From Takakia lepidozioides (taxonomy: Eukaryota > Plantae > Bryophyta): a stretch of DNA of 64,000 bases. Below, one piece after another: positions 13,301 to 26,773 of the stretch (position 1 is its first letter; each line of letters opens with the position of its first letter). Location: NCBI GenBank assembly GCA_030704615.1, contig CM060733.1:1364001-1428000 (forward strand), in the 5' to 3' direction. The notes under the pieces are model-generated. The model was not told the origin of the DNA and made no database searches. It saw nothing but the letters and a program-made list of their open reading frames with translations. The position numbers and the translations under genes were made by a program.

Positions 13301-16300
13301 GAATTTTTAGTGCTTGGCTGCAGTCGGGATTGGAAAGTCCCAGCTTAGGCAATGTAATTACTGCTATGGCCATTTACTGTTGGTTTCGTCTTGTCTAATG
13401 CGCATGAATTGCCTTGTCCACACAGATAATACGGATTTTTTTCCCAACTCTGTACAAGGGAGAAACATCACGTGCTGAAAAGGTTTGCACCGTGGCTTAT
13501 TTTTCCTATGTAAAAACTGTCTGAACTTGTACTTTTGTCTTTTCTGATGAACAATTGAGAGAGTGCTTGGTATCAGTCTGTAAGTGGCTATGAGGAAGCT
13601 GGGAATGCATATTTGGAATCCATTTGGTGGAAACATGTCTGAATCAAGCATTGGGCTGTCCTTGCTTCATGCAGACAAGCCTTCTTTACAGTGGGGTGGC
13701 GATGGGGACAACGGAGACAGGGAGAACAAGACCTCAAAAGAGGCTCAGGAAAATTGGAAGTTTGTATCCTGAAGTGGAACTACCATTTTCTCAGAACTGC
13801 AAGGCAGAGCCATTTACGAACGAAGTCCGCTGTAAAGTGGACAAAAAGGACAGATGTAACCAGGAAAATCACTCATCCAACAGCAAATTCGAAGATCGAG
13901 AAGGTGTAGAGGAATGGGTTGATGAGCCGGACGTGTGCGCATTTTGTGATGATGGAGTTGATGCAGGGGAGAAACTGCTCTGGTATGTTTTTCATGTCAG
14001 TTATCTTTTTCTACCTTGCAGTTTATATGCCGGTTTCTTTTCCAACATATTTTTTCCAAAGTGATTATGTCACTTCAGCGTTGCCCATAGAGGTGATAGC
14101 CGGATCTTGATCTTAGTATTGGGTGCAATGGCAGTTGTGATGGTCCATGTATGCGATCTTTCCATCCAACAACGAAATCGGGAAGGAAGAATGAGTGCGT
14201 CTCTCTTGGACTTACCAAAGCGGCAGTCGAAGTGAGTTCTCCACTCTTGGTACCATACTTTGACTTTCCAATTTCCACTAAACCAACTGTGTTCCTTACA
14301 GGTTGTATAGACTGGTGTTCTACACTAGTTGAACTACAAGTGGAAGGTATAGTGCCAAGCCCTAGCATTTCATTTATGGTGCAAGGCATGGCCCCCTCCA
14401 AATTGATAACCACTCTTCTCTGAAGGCTTTAAATTATCTCTTGCAAATCTGCTATTAACTACATTATTCTTTATGCAGGGAGATGGCTATGTCTGTCCTA
14501 ACTGCAAGTGCAAGCGACAACAGTGCTTCTCTTGTAATCTTCTAGGAAGCTCTCACGACTCCCTCGGTGCTCAGGAGGTTAGAAGTTTTGGAACTCAGCT
14601 TGTGAACTCTTTTGTGAGCATTGAAAATTACAGACTGGTTGCACACACTTGCCATATTTATTGATAAAAGCACAATTAGCACAATTTCTCTAAGTGGTAC
14701 TGGCAATTGGTTTTGGTGTCAGTAGGGATTCTCTCTATCTCGCTCTCTCTCTCGCTATGGAGTTTCATGCCCACCTATTGCAGGTTGTTGCATGTAGTAG
14801 CCGTCATTGGACTTTATGGGCATTCGCACAAAAGATAAATTTCCTCAGTTGAGAAAAGAAAGGGTTGTGCTCTCACCAAATCGTAATGACATTCTCAATA
14901 GAATGGGTGTAAGGACAGCATGACTTGTTTGGGGCCCTAAGTTATCAAGGAGTCAATTTGAGTGTCTCGGTAGCTCCGTTATGCTAATAAGTTTGGCCTT
15001 GGTTTCAGGTTTTTGTCTGTGGGGCTAGGGCATGCAGGCGTTTCTACCATCCCCAATGTGTGGCCAAGTTACTGGTCTCGAAGCCTATGCAAGAAGCCTT
15101 TGCCTTGGGCATCCAACGCGGCCTGGAGAAGTTCCGTTGTCCTCTCCACAAATGCTTTAAGTGTGGGTTGGAAGAAAACAAGGATGTTCGGGCTTTGCAT
15201 CTCGTTAAATGCAGACGTTGCCCAGTTGCTTGGCATGACATGTGTTTGCCAGAGTGAGTCACTCTCCTTTAAAGTTGAAGTTGGCACACCATGCATATTG
15301 AGATTTTTTCTGCAAGACTTGCATTTAGTTTGTTTTCCATGTCCTTTCCTATTGCAATATTACAGATTGTTTTTAAGTGATTACAGGAATTGGTTCAGAG
15401 GTCGGTATCTGGTTTCTCAAGTCTTTTGTGGTTGCATTGCTGTTTTTCAGTGATTGTTGCACATGGCCCGTTGATGGTGGCAAAGTTGTCATGTATTGCG
15501 GGTTAGTGGTTGGCACTCTTTCCTCTTGGTTTTCTTTGATTTGTAGGCACGTCATACTTTCCATGTTAGTTGGCTTTTTTCTATATACGCTGGCCTGAAT
15601 GACATTTTGTCAATTGATCACGATGCGCCGGATGAAGATGCTGGATGTTTCTCTCTGGGAGCATGGAAACGGCACCTTCTTATGGACTTCTTCCTAGTCT
15701 CTGGTGTATTACTCATTATGATGGAGTTGGATTTCAGTACTTGATGTTTCTATAGTAGACCTCACGGCAATGAGCTTTCGAGTGAGCTAGTTCTGCCAAG
15801 TAGATCAGTGAAGGAATTCAACATGTTTCTGTTGCCCAAGCAGGAAACATATTCTTGACCCCAGGTTGTTGACTCCAAGACGGAACCATATCATATTTCC
15901 TTCAGAAGATGCACCGAGCAAGGTATGTATGGAGCTTACATCTCTCTAGATGTGTACATGATTGCAGAAAACACCTGAATGCTCCCAGCTGACTTGGGGC
16001 AGATTCATCAGTGTTCTGGGTGGTGTCAAAAGTCAAGCACGGTGCTGATAAAGTGGGACTGATAGAGATTTACAATGTTACATGAATATGAAATGGTGGA
16101 TCCATGGCACAAGAATTTTAAGTATATTGCAACATAGTTATGCAAGTGAAAAGCCTTACAGCTGCAAAGTGTTACAAGATGTCAAGTTTTTTCTGTTTGA
16201 GAAGCTAAGTTTGTCCTTCTTGTTGTTACAGGTGGATTCTTTGACCAAGTCCCATGGGTTCTCAGGGGAGGTTGGACGTTTAACAGCAGGCAGCTTGTCC

Positions 16301-16862
16301 TTACCAGGTTATTGTCCACCCGCTGGAGCTGACCCATGGTTGGCTTAGATATTGTGTAAGTAGAGCCCTCCACTGAGGTTTCCTCTTGATGTAGTGAAGG
16401 GAAGTTAGCTTGTTCCTGTTGTTGCAGAGAGTTTGAGCGAAAAAGAATCGTCTGCTTCCAGGCACAGAGAATCAAGTGAAAGGTAAGCTCTTGTAACCTG
16501 GGTATCTACTAATTTGAGCTTAAGCTATGTGTCTGTGTAATACCAACCACTTTAGGGCAGTACGTTCTTATGGACCAGAATGCCTACTGCAGCAGCATTG
16601 TTATCCTCACCTGGAATTTGTCCACATATATATGCATTGACATTAGCTGCAGCACCAAAAGCAATTAGATAGACAATCGTGTAAAAACATCTTATTTGTC
16701 GATAACTACAGGCCTTGTTTCTTATGATTGGATTGTGTTGGCATTGTGTGCTCTATTTTTGTACATTTGTGTAGGGTTCTTGAGATTATAAACAATTCAC
16801 AACAAGCATTAATGCTCGAGAAAGTCGTATCTAACTTCTTGAGAAGGTTGTATCAAAATTAG
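10388..16862 (+). CDS. EDM2: EDM2-like protein (RFTS-like region plus atypical PHD fingers), multi-exon
   Basis: Exons: ~11316-11940 (VYLRGITDNGL); to 13982 (DVCAFCDDG..LL); 14135-14231 (CDGPCMRSFHP..C.SLGLT); 14479-14577 (CPNCKCKRQQCFSC..LGSS); 15009-15253 (C..FYHPQCVAK..CPLHKC..CRRCP..WH..CLP); 15451-15501; 15844-15921 (H.LDP.LLTPRRNHI.FP); 16232-~16307; 16428-16482; 16775-16862. The PHD array closely matches Arabidopsis EDM2. Start and end are uncertain. Confidence 0.8.
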
Positions 16863-19800
16863 CATCACCAAGTGGCAGTAACGTGCAAATCAGTTACGAA
16901 GATGTCTCAGGCAAGTAAAATAAATCCACCAACAAAGATACCAAGGACAGAAGGAAACAGCTTGAGCATGCTCTCTAACTCTTATTCAACCAACAATCAG
17001 TTCTTTAAAGCATGTTATAGAGGAAACAGGAGGATAAATGACCTTGTTGAGGAGGCACACAAAGTAGGTCACAACCGGAAGGGTTCATTGGGAGGCATGC
17101 TAGAGTCTTGGCAAGAGAGGACATGATAGTGCATACTTCCTGCAGACAAACATGTTGGATTCCTTGTGTCGAAGAGTGCAGCTGTGAGATGGGAATGCCT
17201 GGCAAAGTCTAGCCAGGTCATAGTCATAACGTGTAGCCATAGTTCTGACATATGCTCACTTACATGTCGGTTACAGTGAAATGCTCACACTCAAGCATGG
17301 GTGTTGTTGAGCATATGTTTACCCTCTGCTTGTAACTTTTGAGTGGGCAAATTGGCACCTCATAGTGGCAGAGTGTACCCTTGATTGATAACTTGAAATA
17401 TGACTTATTTGATAACTTGATTTCCCTACATACATTCACATGCTTTATGAGCACTATGAGCACTTCTCGGGGTAACAAGGATAGATGGAGTTAGTATAAA
17501 TAAGAGAAGGGCCATTTTGCAGAACAATGTAGATTTATGTCCAGTTTTATATCTACAGGTTCGTTGATTTCCACTGTAAGACCCATAATCTAAGACTCAG
17601 GGTGGTCAGGGTGGAAACAGGAGAAGGGAATCCCGCCATGTCTGTCACTCACAGCTGTGGTTTTTCTTTCTGTGAAAGTGAGATTGGGCCTGTGCCACAT
17701 CTGCCCTGGCAAGAAAACTGACTTCAACTTATATTTTCCTACACTATAATCTAACCATGCATGGAGCACATCCCTTTTTGAATATAGCTCCCCGGAGCTT
17801 GACAGTATGTATGGAATGGACCATCTTTTGAGACCTGCCTCAAGTCTGCCTTTGTGATGACCTCCCCACTTACTGAGTGCAGATGCCTCAAAATCTTAAG
17901 ATAAAAGTCTTATTGGCAAGGATCTGAGAATAGATGGCATATAAGAGGCTTATGGTTTATTTATCAAGAGGAAACTTCTTCCATATTCAATTGTAAATAG
18001 TGACCATGTATCTACAGTGAATGATTTACAAGAAAAGCAACAAAGTGTGCCTTCAGTTTCATGGCCGTGACTTTAAGGATAACTGGGCATGACTGGGCAT
18101 GACTTTAAGGATAACATTACTATCACTTGTGTTGCAAAAAAGGGAGAGAGAATAAAAGCCTCTTTTCCTAGAGGTTACTGGCAGGGAAAAGAGCACAATC
18201 AAAGATTTACATTTGGAATCTCATTATACCCGGTCATTGTTATCATGCTAGATATCTGTCCAGCCAACTTCTCAAAACTTCAGAAGCTTTGAAACCTTTG
18301 TCATTTCTTTTAGAAATTACTTCGAATCTGGAACATTTTTCGCTCGCATGCGAGGTATGTAAGTTCCTCATAATCTAGTGTCCATGCCACTGTCTTCGTC
18401 TTTGCTTTGTCTCAGAATGTTGTGTAAGATACCACAATCACTTGCTAGTCAACTCAAGACTGTATGACTGTATCGGATCGCTCTCTTTCCTCAATCCAGC
18501 TGATGGGTTGCTTCAGACCGTGGACAAAACCAAGTGAAAATTTGACAGTTTGGTCCAAATCCGACATTCTTATTACTTCGAGTATCTGAATAAGGATCTT
18601 TACATATCTTCTCTAGCATTTACTCAGCTTGGAAGACAAAAAGTGAATTGATCTCTACTAGGGCTCTAAAAGATCGATTGTTTTCTCTCTTCGAAAGTCA
18701 GCTCAGAGGCTAGTATCTAGAGCGAATGTTGTTTGCGTCAGTCTGTCACTAGCCGCCTGACTGCAGCCCGGGATATTCATCACAGCTCCCCTCGAGCAGT
18801 CAGGTCCCAATATGAATGAGAGAAGGCAGCTCCACAAAATACGCCAATTGGGCAGATCACTACACTACTATCGACTAATCCTAGTCCAGAGTTTGAGAAT
18901 AGTGTTTTTGATAGCTACATATGTGTGGGTAAGCTCGAACTACGAACTCCGGAGAGAAAACAAGGCGCCCAACCTTTCGACACTGAGCTCTTGCCACAGG
19001 TTGAACGCCAACTCTGAAACTTCACGAGGGTACAGAGCAAACTGACCAAAAGCATGGCGGAAGGCTCTCGTGGCAGGCATCGAAATGCGACATACTGCTC
19101 ATCTTGTCATGCACCCCGCATCACATGTTGTGCCAAACCATGCCCAGTTGCTGTCTGCACACACCCCTGCCGCCCCTCTTCCAGTCTCGGCCTCCCCAAC
19201 CAATCCCCAACCCAATCTCAGTGAACTCATAGAGAGATCTATAGAAGCTGTGGCTCACACGTCCGTCATCTAGAACGACTTGAAACACGGCTTTGAGCAT
19301 CAGTTATGCCGTTGCCTGGGAATTAACTGGATGTGGAAGGACGTTCTAAGCAGGGGACCCGTGAGAGCAGCAATATGCTATTCTCTGCCTGCCTGCACAA
19401 GCAGTAACTAAGTAAACGCCAAGCTCGAGCACCGAGAAAGGCCACGGATCAAATATCGAAGATCTGCGCGAATGCAACACGCTGTGTCTGCATGAGCTCG
19501 ATGCTCGAGATCATCTCTCCCTCCGCCATCTCTCAGGAGCTTTGAGGGCAAATAGAATCATTCATAAATTTTGGGCCCCACCTTCCTATAGGCTTTCTCC
19601 CTACTCGACCACCCACCAAGGAAATGTGGGAATCGTGAAAAACGTTTTTGCTACCGAAATACAGCATATTGGTTTGGGATGCGTTTACTCACGGGATGTG
19701 AAATGTGGGATTTGGGTCTGCAGCCCGCTAACGAGATTTGGAATTTGTCCGTTTTCTTACCGAAATATTTGGCTCGTGTGAGTCGGGTAGGGTGCGGGAG

Positions 19801-22176
19801 GAAGGAAGGAGGGGTGTAGGCTTGTGCAGACACGAAGCCGTTCAAAAAAGTGCTGCTTTGATGGCCTGCGCGCTGAAGTGCCAGTGTTGCAGCGGAGCGA
19901 GTATCAAGGCGGTGAATGGGTTGAACACTTTTGACGTGTGTCAGTGGCGCCGCCATGTGTCTTGAATGGAGGTCCTTCGTCGATTTGTTTTGTATTTTTT
20001 TGGGAGATCACAGGGGAAGCTTGGTACTTCCATCTATAATGGGCCTTCTCTTTCTTATTCCTCTTCTCTCTCCCTCTTTTCTTCTCCAGGGCTATAGGCA
20101 GTTGTTAAGTACACAGAGGTCTACACGGATGGACTGCAGCGGGTGCGAGACCCGAGACCAAACATGGCGGCTGATTGCAGGCTAGGCTAGCTATGGGTGC
20201 AGGGGCTGCCATGATGGTGGAAAACTCTTGCAATCACCCCCACCGTTGGCTACGAGCTAGGTGACTGGTGTAGCCGCCATTCTCCATACGCAAGTACCAT
20301 GCACTTCTGGGCTTGGTAACTGCAAAACGACCCACTTAGTATTGACATACCATCCCATTTATTGAGCCATGCAGTGGTACTGATCGCGATGTGTAACGTA
20401 CCACCGGATGAGAGCTTAACGACCTCAATTTGAACAACTGAACAGAACACAGACGAATAAAATAAGAAAGCATGCATGTGTATGGACCTAACCTACGACT
20501 AGAGGCTTGCAGCATACACGTTTGGTATGCAGCCCCACTTACGAGGAAAGGTCCTATATAGGGAAGTTTACAACCAACCGTGCAAAGCCATTTTATGTCA
20601 AAGGTGTGTGCAGCTGCCAGCATTGCAGGGCATTCCCTATAATAGTATTGTAATTTGTGCACTCATCACACACTCAGTGCTTGTCCATGAAGTCTTTTTT
20701 TGCAGTTGCTCGATTGAATGGAAAGCAAGGCATTCTCGTCGCGACGTTGGGGCTCTCTAACTGTGAAGATCTGTCGACACGGGATATACTAACTGGTGTC
20801 ATTACCCAGATTGTCAGGATCCAAGAAAAATCATGCAAAAGCTCTGACAAATATGGTGTCTGTAACATTTAATACTGGTTCATCCTCTTGGAGTGGACTC
20901 GCATGCGAATTGAAGGATTAAGCTTACGATTTACTGTGTGTAAGTTATTCATACATTCGTATTCAAGGGGTGCCATCATTCCAAGAACCACGTCAGTAGC
21001 TGAACTGACACCGGTGACAGGATTTTCCGATCGAAGTGTTTCCCTTGACGATTCGTATCTACCTCCCTAAAACGTTCAACCTCTAGTTTGCCGTCTACAT
21101 ATCTGCCGTTATTTTGGGGAGTTTATGACCTCCGGCCTAGCCCATTCTCCCTGGTCACTCAATGGATGCCAGGCATCACAAAATGCCAGAGAATGACAGC
21201 TCGAGCACCGCAATAATAATGGATGCACATTCTGCACTTTGACATTGAGTCACGTAATTGGCACTTATTATTACCTCAATTCACGTATTCACGTATTATC
21301 TTAATAAGACCTTTGCAATCGCTCTTACTTGTATCTACAGAAGAGACTCATGGAAAGTTGAAAGTTGAAACCTTCGCAATCATAAACCGCCACGTATATA
21401 TCTATCTCGGTGAATTTTAACCTGGACCAGTGATTGTTTCGGATGCATACAGTCTCGAAAGGGCCTTCACTTTCCCTCATCAGAGCGAAGACTGGCTAGC
21501 TTACCATCAGCACCGCCACAGTTCATCACGGAGCACATTTACGATTCGCAAACAAAGAGTTATGACAAGCAAAGTAGCAAAGCTAGTAGGTGTCAGCAGC
21601 GACATGATTGAGGCTTAAGGCTGGCCTTGGAATTTGAGCTTTGTGTCTTTGCAAATTGCATCCCCTAGATTTATGCTGTGATCTACCTCCGTGAGCTGAT
21701 GGATATGTATATATATATGCAGGCCTGTATATTCCCGCGGAGGAGTACGAGAGTTGAGGGAGTTATGGTGGGGAAGTTTCCAGGGAGAGGAATCAATGAT
21801 CATCAAGCGGCGAGCTAGTGTAGCGTGGAGAATAACCTGCACAACGATTCTGCACTTACTCGCTTGGAGGGTGGCGGCTGCCCATTGAACTAACGACAAA
21901 TAGACTCTGTCTGTATTTTTCGCCGACGTCGGGCGTACGTCCATATCTGCATCGGATGGACGACAGCTACCTGTCGACGAACAGAGACGGCACCACTCCA
22001 ACGTCCGTACACATGGCGCTATACAGGCCGTCCTGAGCATCGACAAAGGATTCGAACCCACCGCCTCAGCTCCACAAAATATCCTCAGATACGGATATAA
22101 AAATCTACGAAATATTCTTAAGTTTGAAACCTAATTAGTCAAATAACCTGAAATGATCCCTCTTGTAAAGCTAGAA

Positions 22177-22639
22177 TGCTCTCGTCCTCCGCGGGTTAAG
22201 TCATGCACAGGGGATTGTAAGCAATAGAACTTTGCCAAGCCGACAGGGAAGGATCTATTGCAGAGCACACATACAATCTAAGCCAATCGTTGCACGCAGC
22301 AAAGCATCAACACAATTTCATCCAGCATCCTTCACACATCCACTGCACCAGTTTGTACACCCAAAATATCTTGCCTAAGCCTGATGATCTCTTCATTTAA
22401 ATAATCGGGAGAGGCTAATCTGGAGATCCAGATGCAGCATTCTTATTGGACATGCAGATAACAAGACCTCACATCCGCCAGCTAAGTTTCCAGGTTGGCT
22501 TATCTCGTGACTGTTAACGTAGGACAGTCACATAACCAAAGATAGTCCTTGTTATCATTAATGTCCAACAACCCCATGTTTTTCATCCAAGGAACTGATA
22601 GGAGAGCATATGCACCGCCATGGAATTTGGAGCTCCACA
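22177..22639 (-). repeat. 3' LTR of gypsy element
   Basis: TGCTCTCGTCC...GAGCTCCACA, paired with 26311-26773. Confidence 0.9.
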
Positions 22640-23079
22640 TATGTAAAGCTTGCCCCCGCTAGGAAAGCGAGCTCCTGCGAGCTAACTGAAATACCGAACT
22701 TCCGAAACTAAGTAAATCACACCATACCTAATACTAGCATCCAGCGCGAGAGGGATGAAAAAACCCTCAGCGAGAAAACCTTGCACCTGCAAAAATGGGC
22801 TAAGGGCAAAACTCGCTGGGGAAAAACCCCTATCATGTTACAATAGTGATGCAAAACACTAACACGAAGCTAAAGCTTGTGCTAAGTTCGTCCACCTCCT
22901 CTAACACCAGATATCGCAGGTCTGCAGCAGACCATTATTTGCACACCACACAACACCAGAGATGGCCACTGTTGAACCATCAGAAAGCACATAAGAAAGG
23001 CCATAGCTTGAACCTCCAGAAAACACACAAGACTGCAACACTCCAGCCTCTAATCCCTGCACTCAATTACACACAAAAA

Positions 23080-25889
23080 TCAGCCAGTCATCCTGCCTTC
23101 TACATTGATGCAGGTGAGATCGAAGACCAATCTGCTGTGCACCAGGGAGTCCACATGCACAGGGTGAGTTATGGGTGGCGTGGAATGATGTTGGGGAAGC
23201 AACAGGAACTTCCTCTCACGAAGTTTTTCAATGATGAGATAAGGACCCTCAATGCGTTTAGAAGCTTTGGAGATAATTTTCCCAGATTGCAGACGAACAC
23301 ACACAGTTTGGCCCATCAAGAATTCTTCTGAGTAGTGAACTTTCCTGTTGTAGTTACGAGCCTGCACAGCCTGAGCCCGAGAAATGGTAGTCCTGGCCTT
23401 AGTTTCAAAGACAAGCCGTTTGGAAAGCATAGCATCCACAAATTGCTGCCAATCAGTGGGCTCTGCAATGGGAGTGAGCAACGGAGTATTATACAGGGGA
23501 GTGCGAGCTTTTCTACCATAGAGTAACTCAAATGGAGAATACCTGGTGGTAGAGTGTACAGAGGTCCGATAAGCAAAAATCAGAGTGGGTAGAGTAGTAT
23601 CCCAATCACCCAAGAATAACCCTGTCTTCTCAAGCATAGCACACATGGTATGATTGAACCTTTCAGTCAAGCCATTGCATTGAGGATGATAGGGTGCAGT
23701 CGTACGATGCTTAACACCCAAATTAAAACACACAATCTGCATGAGCTGATTACAAAATTCAGAGCCTTGATCGGTGAGGATCTCTTGGGGACAGCCATGG
23801 CGCAAGATGACCTCGTTGAAAAAGAACTGTGCCACAGTGTCTGCATCCTTAGCAGCCAAGGGTTGAACCTCCACCCACTTAGATAGGTAATCAGTTGCCA
23901 CAGCAATGTAACAATGTCCCTTAATCGTAGGCTGGAGTGGCCCAACAAGATCTAGGCCCACTCTGGCGAATGGTTCAGACACCGGAATGGGTTGCAAAGC
24001 AAGTGAAGGACGGGCCCTAGGAAGCAGTGTCTGAGAGTGGTACTCCACACAGCAAGAGATAAAGCGTGTAACATCTTGAACCATCCCTTTCCAATGATAC
24101 CTCTCTTGGAGCCTCTTCAAGGTCTTAGTGATGCCCAAGTGACCAGCAAAAGCAGAAGAATGATGCAACTCAAGCAACTCTGAAACTGAATCCCTATTAG
24201 GAACTTCCATAGCATGGGTCTGACCTTCCAAGGCAATCCTCATGAACAATTTACCTTCACGTGCCTCACAATGGGGAAAATGATAGTTAACATGTCGTTG
24301 AGTAGCCTTGGATATGCCTGAAAGTTAAATGCAGGTCATGCACTTATGGAGTAGAGCCAAATGCAACTGATTCTCCATACCTGTACACTTAGCAAGACCA
24401 GCTAGCAGTGGGTTAATATGAGGAGATAGGAGTGTCCGCCTTTGTGTTCTCCTATAACATAAGAGTCTCATACCACATCTGAACATGGTCATGGAGGTAA
24501 CAGGCAGGGCTGAAGCGCACATCCTAAGGGGAATAGATCACTATGGTAGCTATGGAAAAGACAGGATATGCCTAAGCTAAGAAGATACAAACACTCTGAA
24601 ATCTGCAGATGCGATCGACTGCACACCCTTCCACCCACAAGATAATCAACCAGGGTCAAATGTCATGAGATCCCAATCATCCAACAAGTTCATGGACCTA
24701 GGCATTTCATCAAGCAAGCTACAAAACAAAAGCTGATTTGCAGTGATGGTAGAAGTAGGAACAGACGCAGGTAAAGCAATTAAATCATCAAGAGAAGAGT
24801 AAGGGGTGGGAACCTTTGTTTCCCCTCTTGTCAATGCATCAGCGTTACCATTTTCCTTGCCTTTCTTATATACAATGTCATATTCAAACCCTTGTAGAAG
24901 AAGAGACCAGCGAGCCAATCTACCTGATAATTCTCGTGGAGTTTTCAAGGCTTTGAGAGGCAGGTGGTCAGTCTCAACAATGAAATAACAACCATGTAAA
25001 TACTGACGGAAGTGTTTAACACCAAATATAACTGCGAGGCCTTCCTTATCAGTAATGCTATAATTTCTCTCATGCTTGGCCTTCTAGATGCATAAGCAAC
25101 AACATGCTCACGACCATCCTTCTTCTGGCTTAGGATGGCTGAAACAGCTAGGTCACTAGCATCAGTCTGCAATAGAAAGGGAATGGAGAAATCAGGAAAT
25201 ATGAGTATAGGAGTAGAAGTCAAGGCTATCTTGAGTCTCTTAAAGGCCAACGCTTCTGCCTTACCCCACTGAAATTTAACATCTTTGCAAAGCAAGTAAA
25301 ACAACGGACCAGCTAGCTTAACAAAATGAAGGATGAACCTTCTATAATAAGATGCAAGGCCTAAGAATGCTCTTACACAATGTTTGTCCTTCGGGATAGG
25401 AAAATCCCAAACTGCGTGGACTTTGGTCAAGTCAGGTTTGATGCCATCCCCACAAAGAACGTGTCCCAAAAAGCGCAACTCCAGCATACAAAAATCACAT
25501 TTCTTTGCCTTAACTTTAAGTCCAGCACTTCGTAACCTGCTCATGACTCTTTGCAGGTCCAAAAGGTGAGATGCAAAGCTGCTGGAATAAATATTGATAT
25601 CAACTACATATACAAAAGCACATTCCCATCTTAAATTACCAAGGACCACGTCCATGAGCCTTTGGAAGGTAGCAGTGGCATTACAAAGCCCAAACGGCAT
25701 GGTTTCGTACTGAAACAAACCATACCTGTAGGTAAATGCAGTCTTTTCTTTTGAGTCCTCCGTTAGTGGAACTTGCCAGAACCCAGAGGCTAAATCAAGG
25801 GAAGAAAAAATAGTTGCCCCATTAAGTTGGTCTACAGTCTTGCGCGCTTCATCAACGGCCGTCTGCTCAAACTCAAGCACAAATGGCAT
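23080..25889 (-). pseudogene. Gypsy pol (RT-RNaseH-integrase), frameshifted
   Basis: ORFs 24945..25889, 24646..24948 and 23080..24249 in RT-RH-INT order. Confidence 0.9.
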
Positions 25890-26310
25890 GAAAAGTTAGG
25901 ACTCTAGTGATGAGGAAAGCTATCTACTTGCTTACAACCTGCAAGACCATCCAGTAAGCCGAGGGCACGTCAAGTGGAATCTCAGCGTCTCCCCTCACTG
26001 GCGGTTCTCCCTCGTAAGGCCTTAGCACTTCAGGGACGCAACATCATGCACAACACTCAGGAAGACAGCTTCAAACGAATCGTCGTCAATCACAAACGAA
26101 GCAACATCATTCGAACTGGAAGCCATAGTCGCCGTTTGCACAGTGTTCACTCACAAACCAGGAATACACAAGACACACAAAATCAGCAGAAACAAACATT
26201 CACCAGGAGGGACAAATGATTGAACACCGAACCTAGGCTATCATTAACAGGACACCCAAGCCGTTAGATTTAAATGCCCCCCATCTCCATAGAACCCTGA
26301 CGCAAGGATA

Positions 26311-26773
26311 TGCTCTCGTCCTCTACGGGTTAAGTCATGCACAGGGGATTGTAAGCTATAGAACTTTGCCAAGCCGACAGGGAAGGATTTATTGCAGAGC
26401 ATACATACAATCTAAACGAATTGTTGCACGCAGCAAAGCATCAACACAGTTTCATCCAGCGTCCTTCACACATCCACTGCACCAGTTTGTACACCCAAAA
26501 CATCCTACCTAAGCCTGATGATCTCTTCATTTAAATAATCAGGAGAGGCTAATCTGGAGATCCAGATGCAGCACTCTTATTGGACATGCAGATTACAAGA
26601 CCTCACATTCGCCAGCTCAGTTTCCAGGTTGGCTTATCTCGTGGCTGTTAACGTAGGACAATCACATAACCAAAGATAGTCCCTGTTATCATTAATGTCC
26701 AACAACCCCATGCTTTTCATCCAAGGAACTAACAGGAGAGCATATGCACCGCCATGGAATGTGGAGCTCCACA
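26311..26773 (-). repeat. 5' LTR of gypsy element
   Basis: Paired with 22177-22639. Confidence 0.9.

Larger units (their letters stand above)
22177..26773 (-). mobile_element. Ty3/gypsy LTR retrotransposon, internally deleted and inactive
   Basis: 463-bp TG...CA direct repeats at 22177-22639 and 26311-26773 (~25 mismatches by hand count). RT/RNaseH at 24646-25889 (LDLASGFWQV, MPFGL.NA, YVVD instead of YVDD, QTDAS). Integrase at 23080-24249 (GHLG, DLVGPL, TDQGSEF, NGLTER). Most of gag and the protease are missing. Confidence 0.92.

Noticed and set aside
18800-21900. Protein-coding gene among many short ORFs
   Set aside because: No recognisable domains or consistent exon chain.
22040-22080. 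tRNA/SINE from a perfect B box (GGTTCGAATCC on minus)
   Set aside because: No A box or cloverleaf is recognisable.
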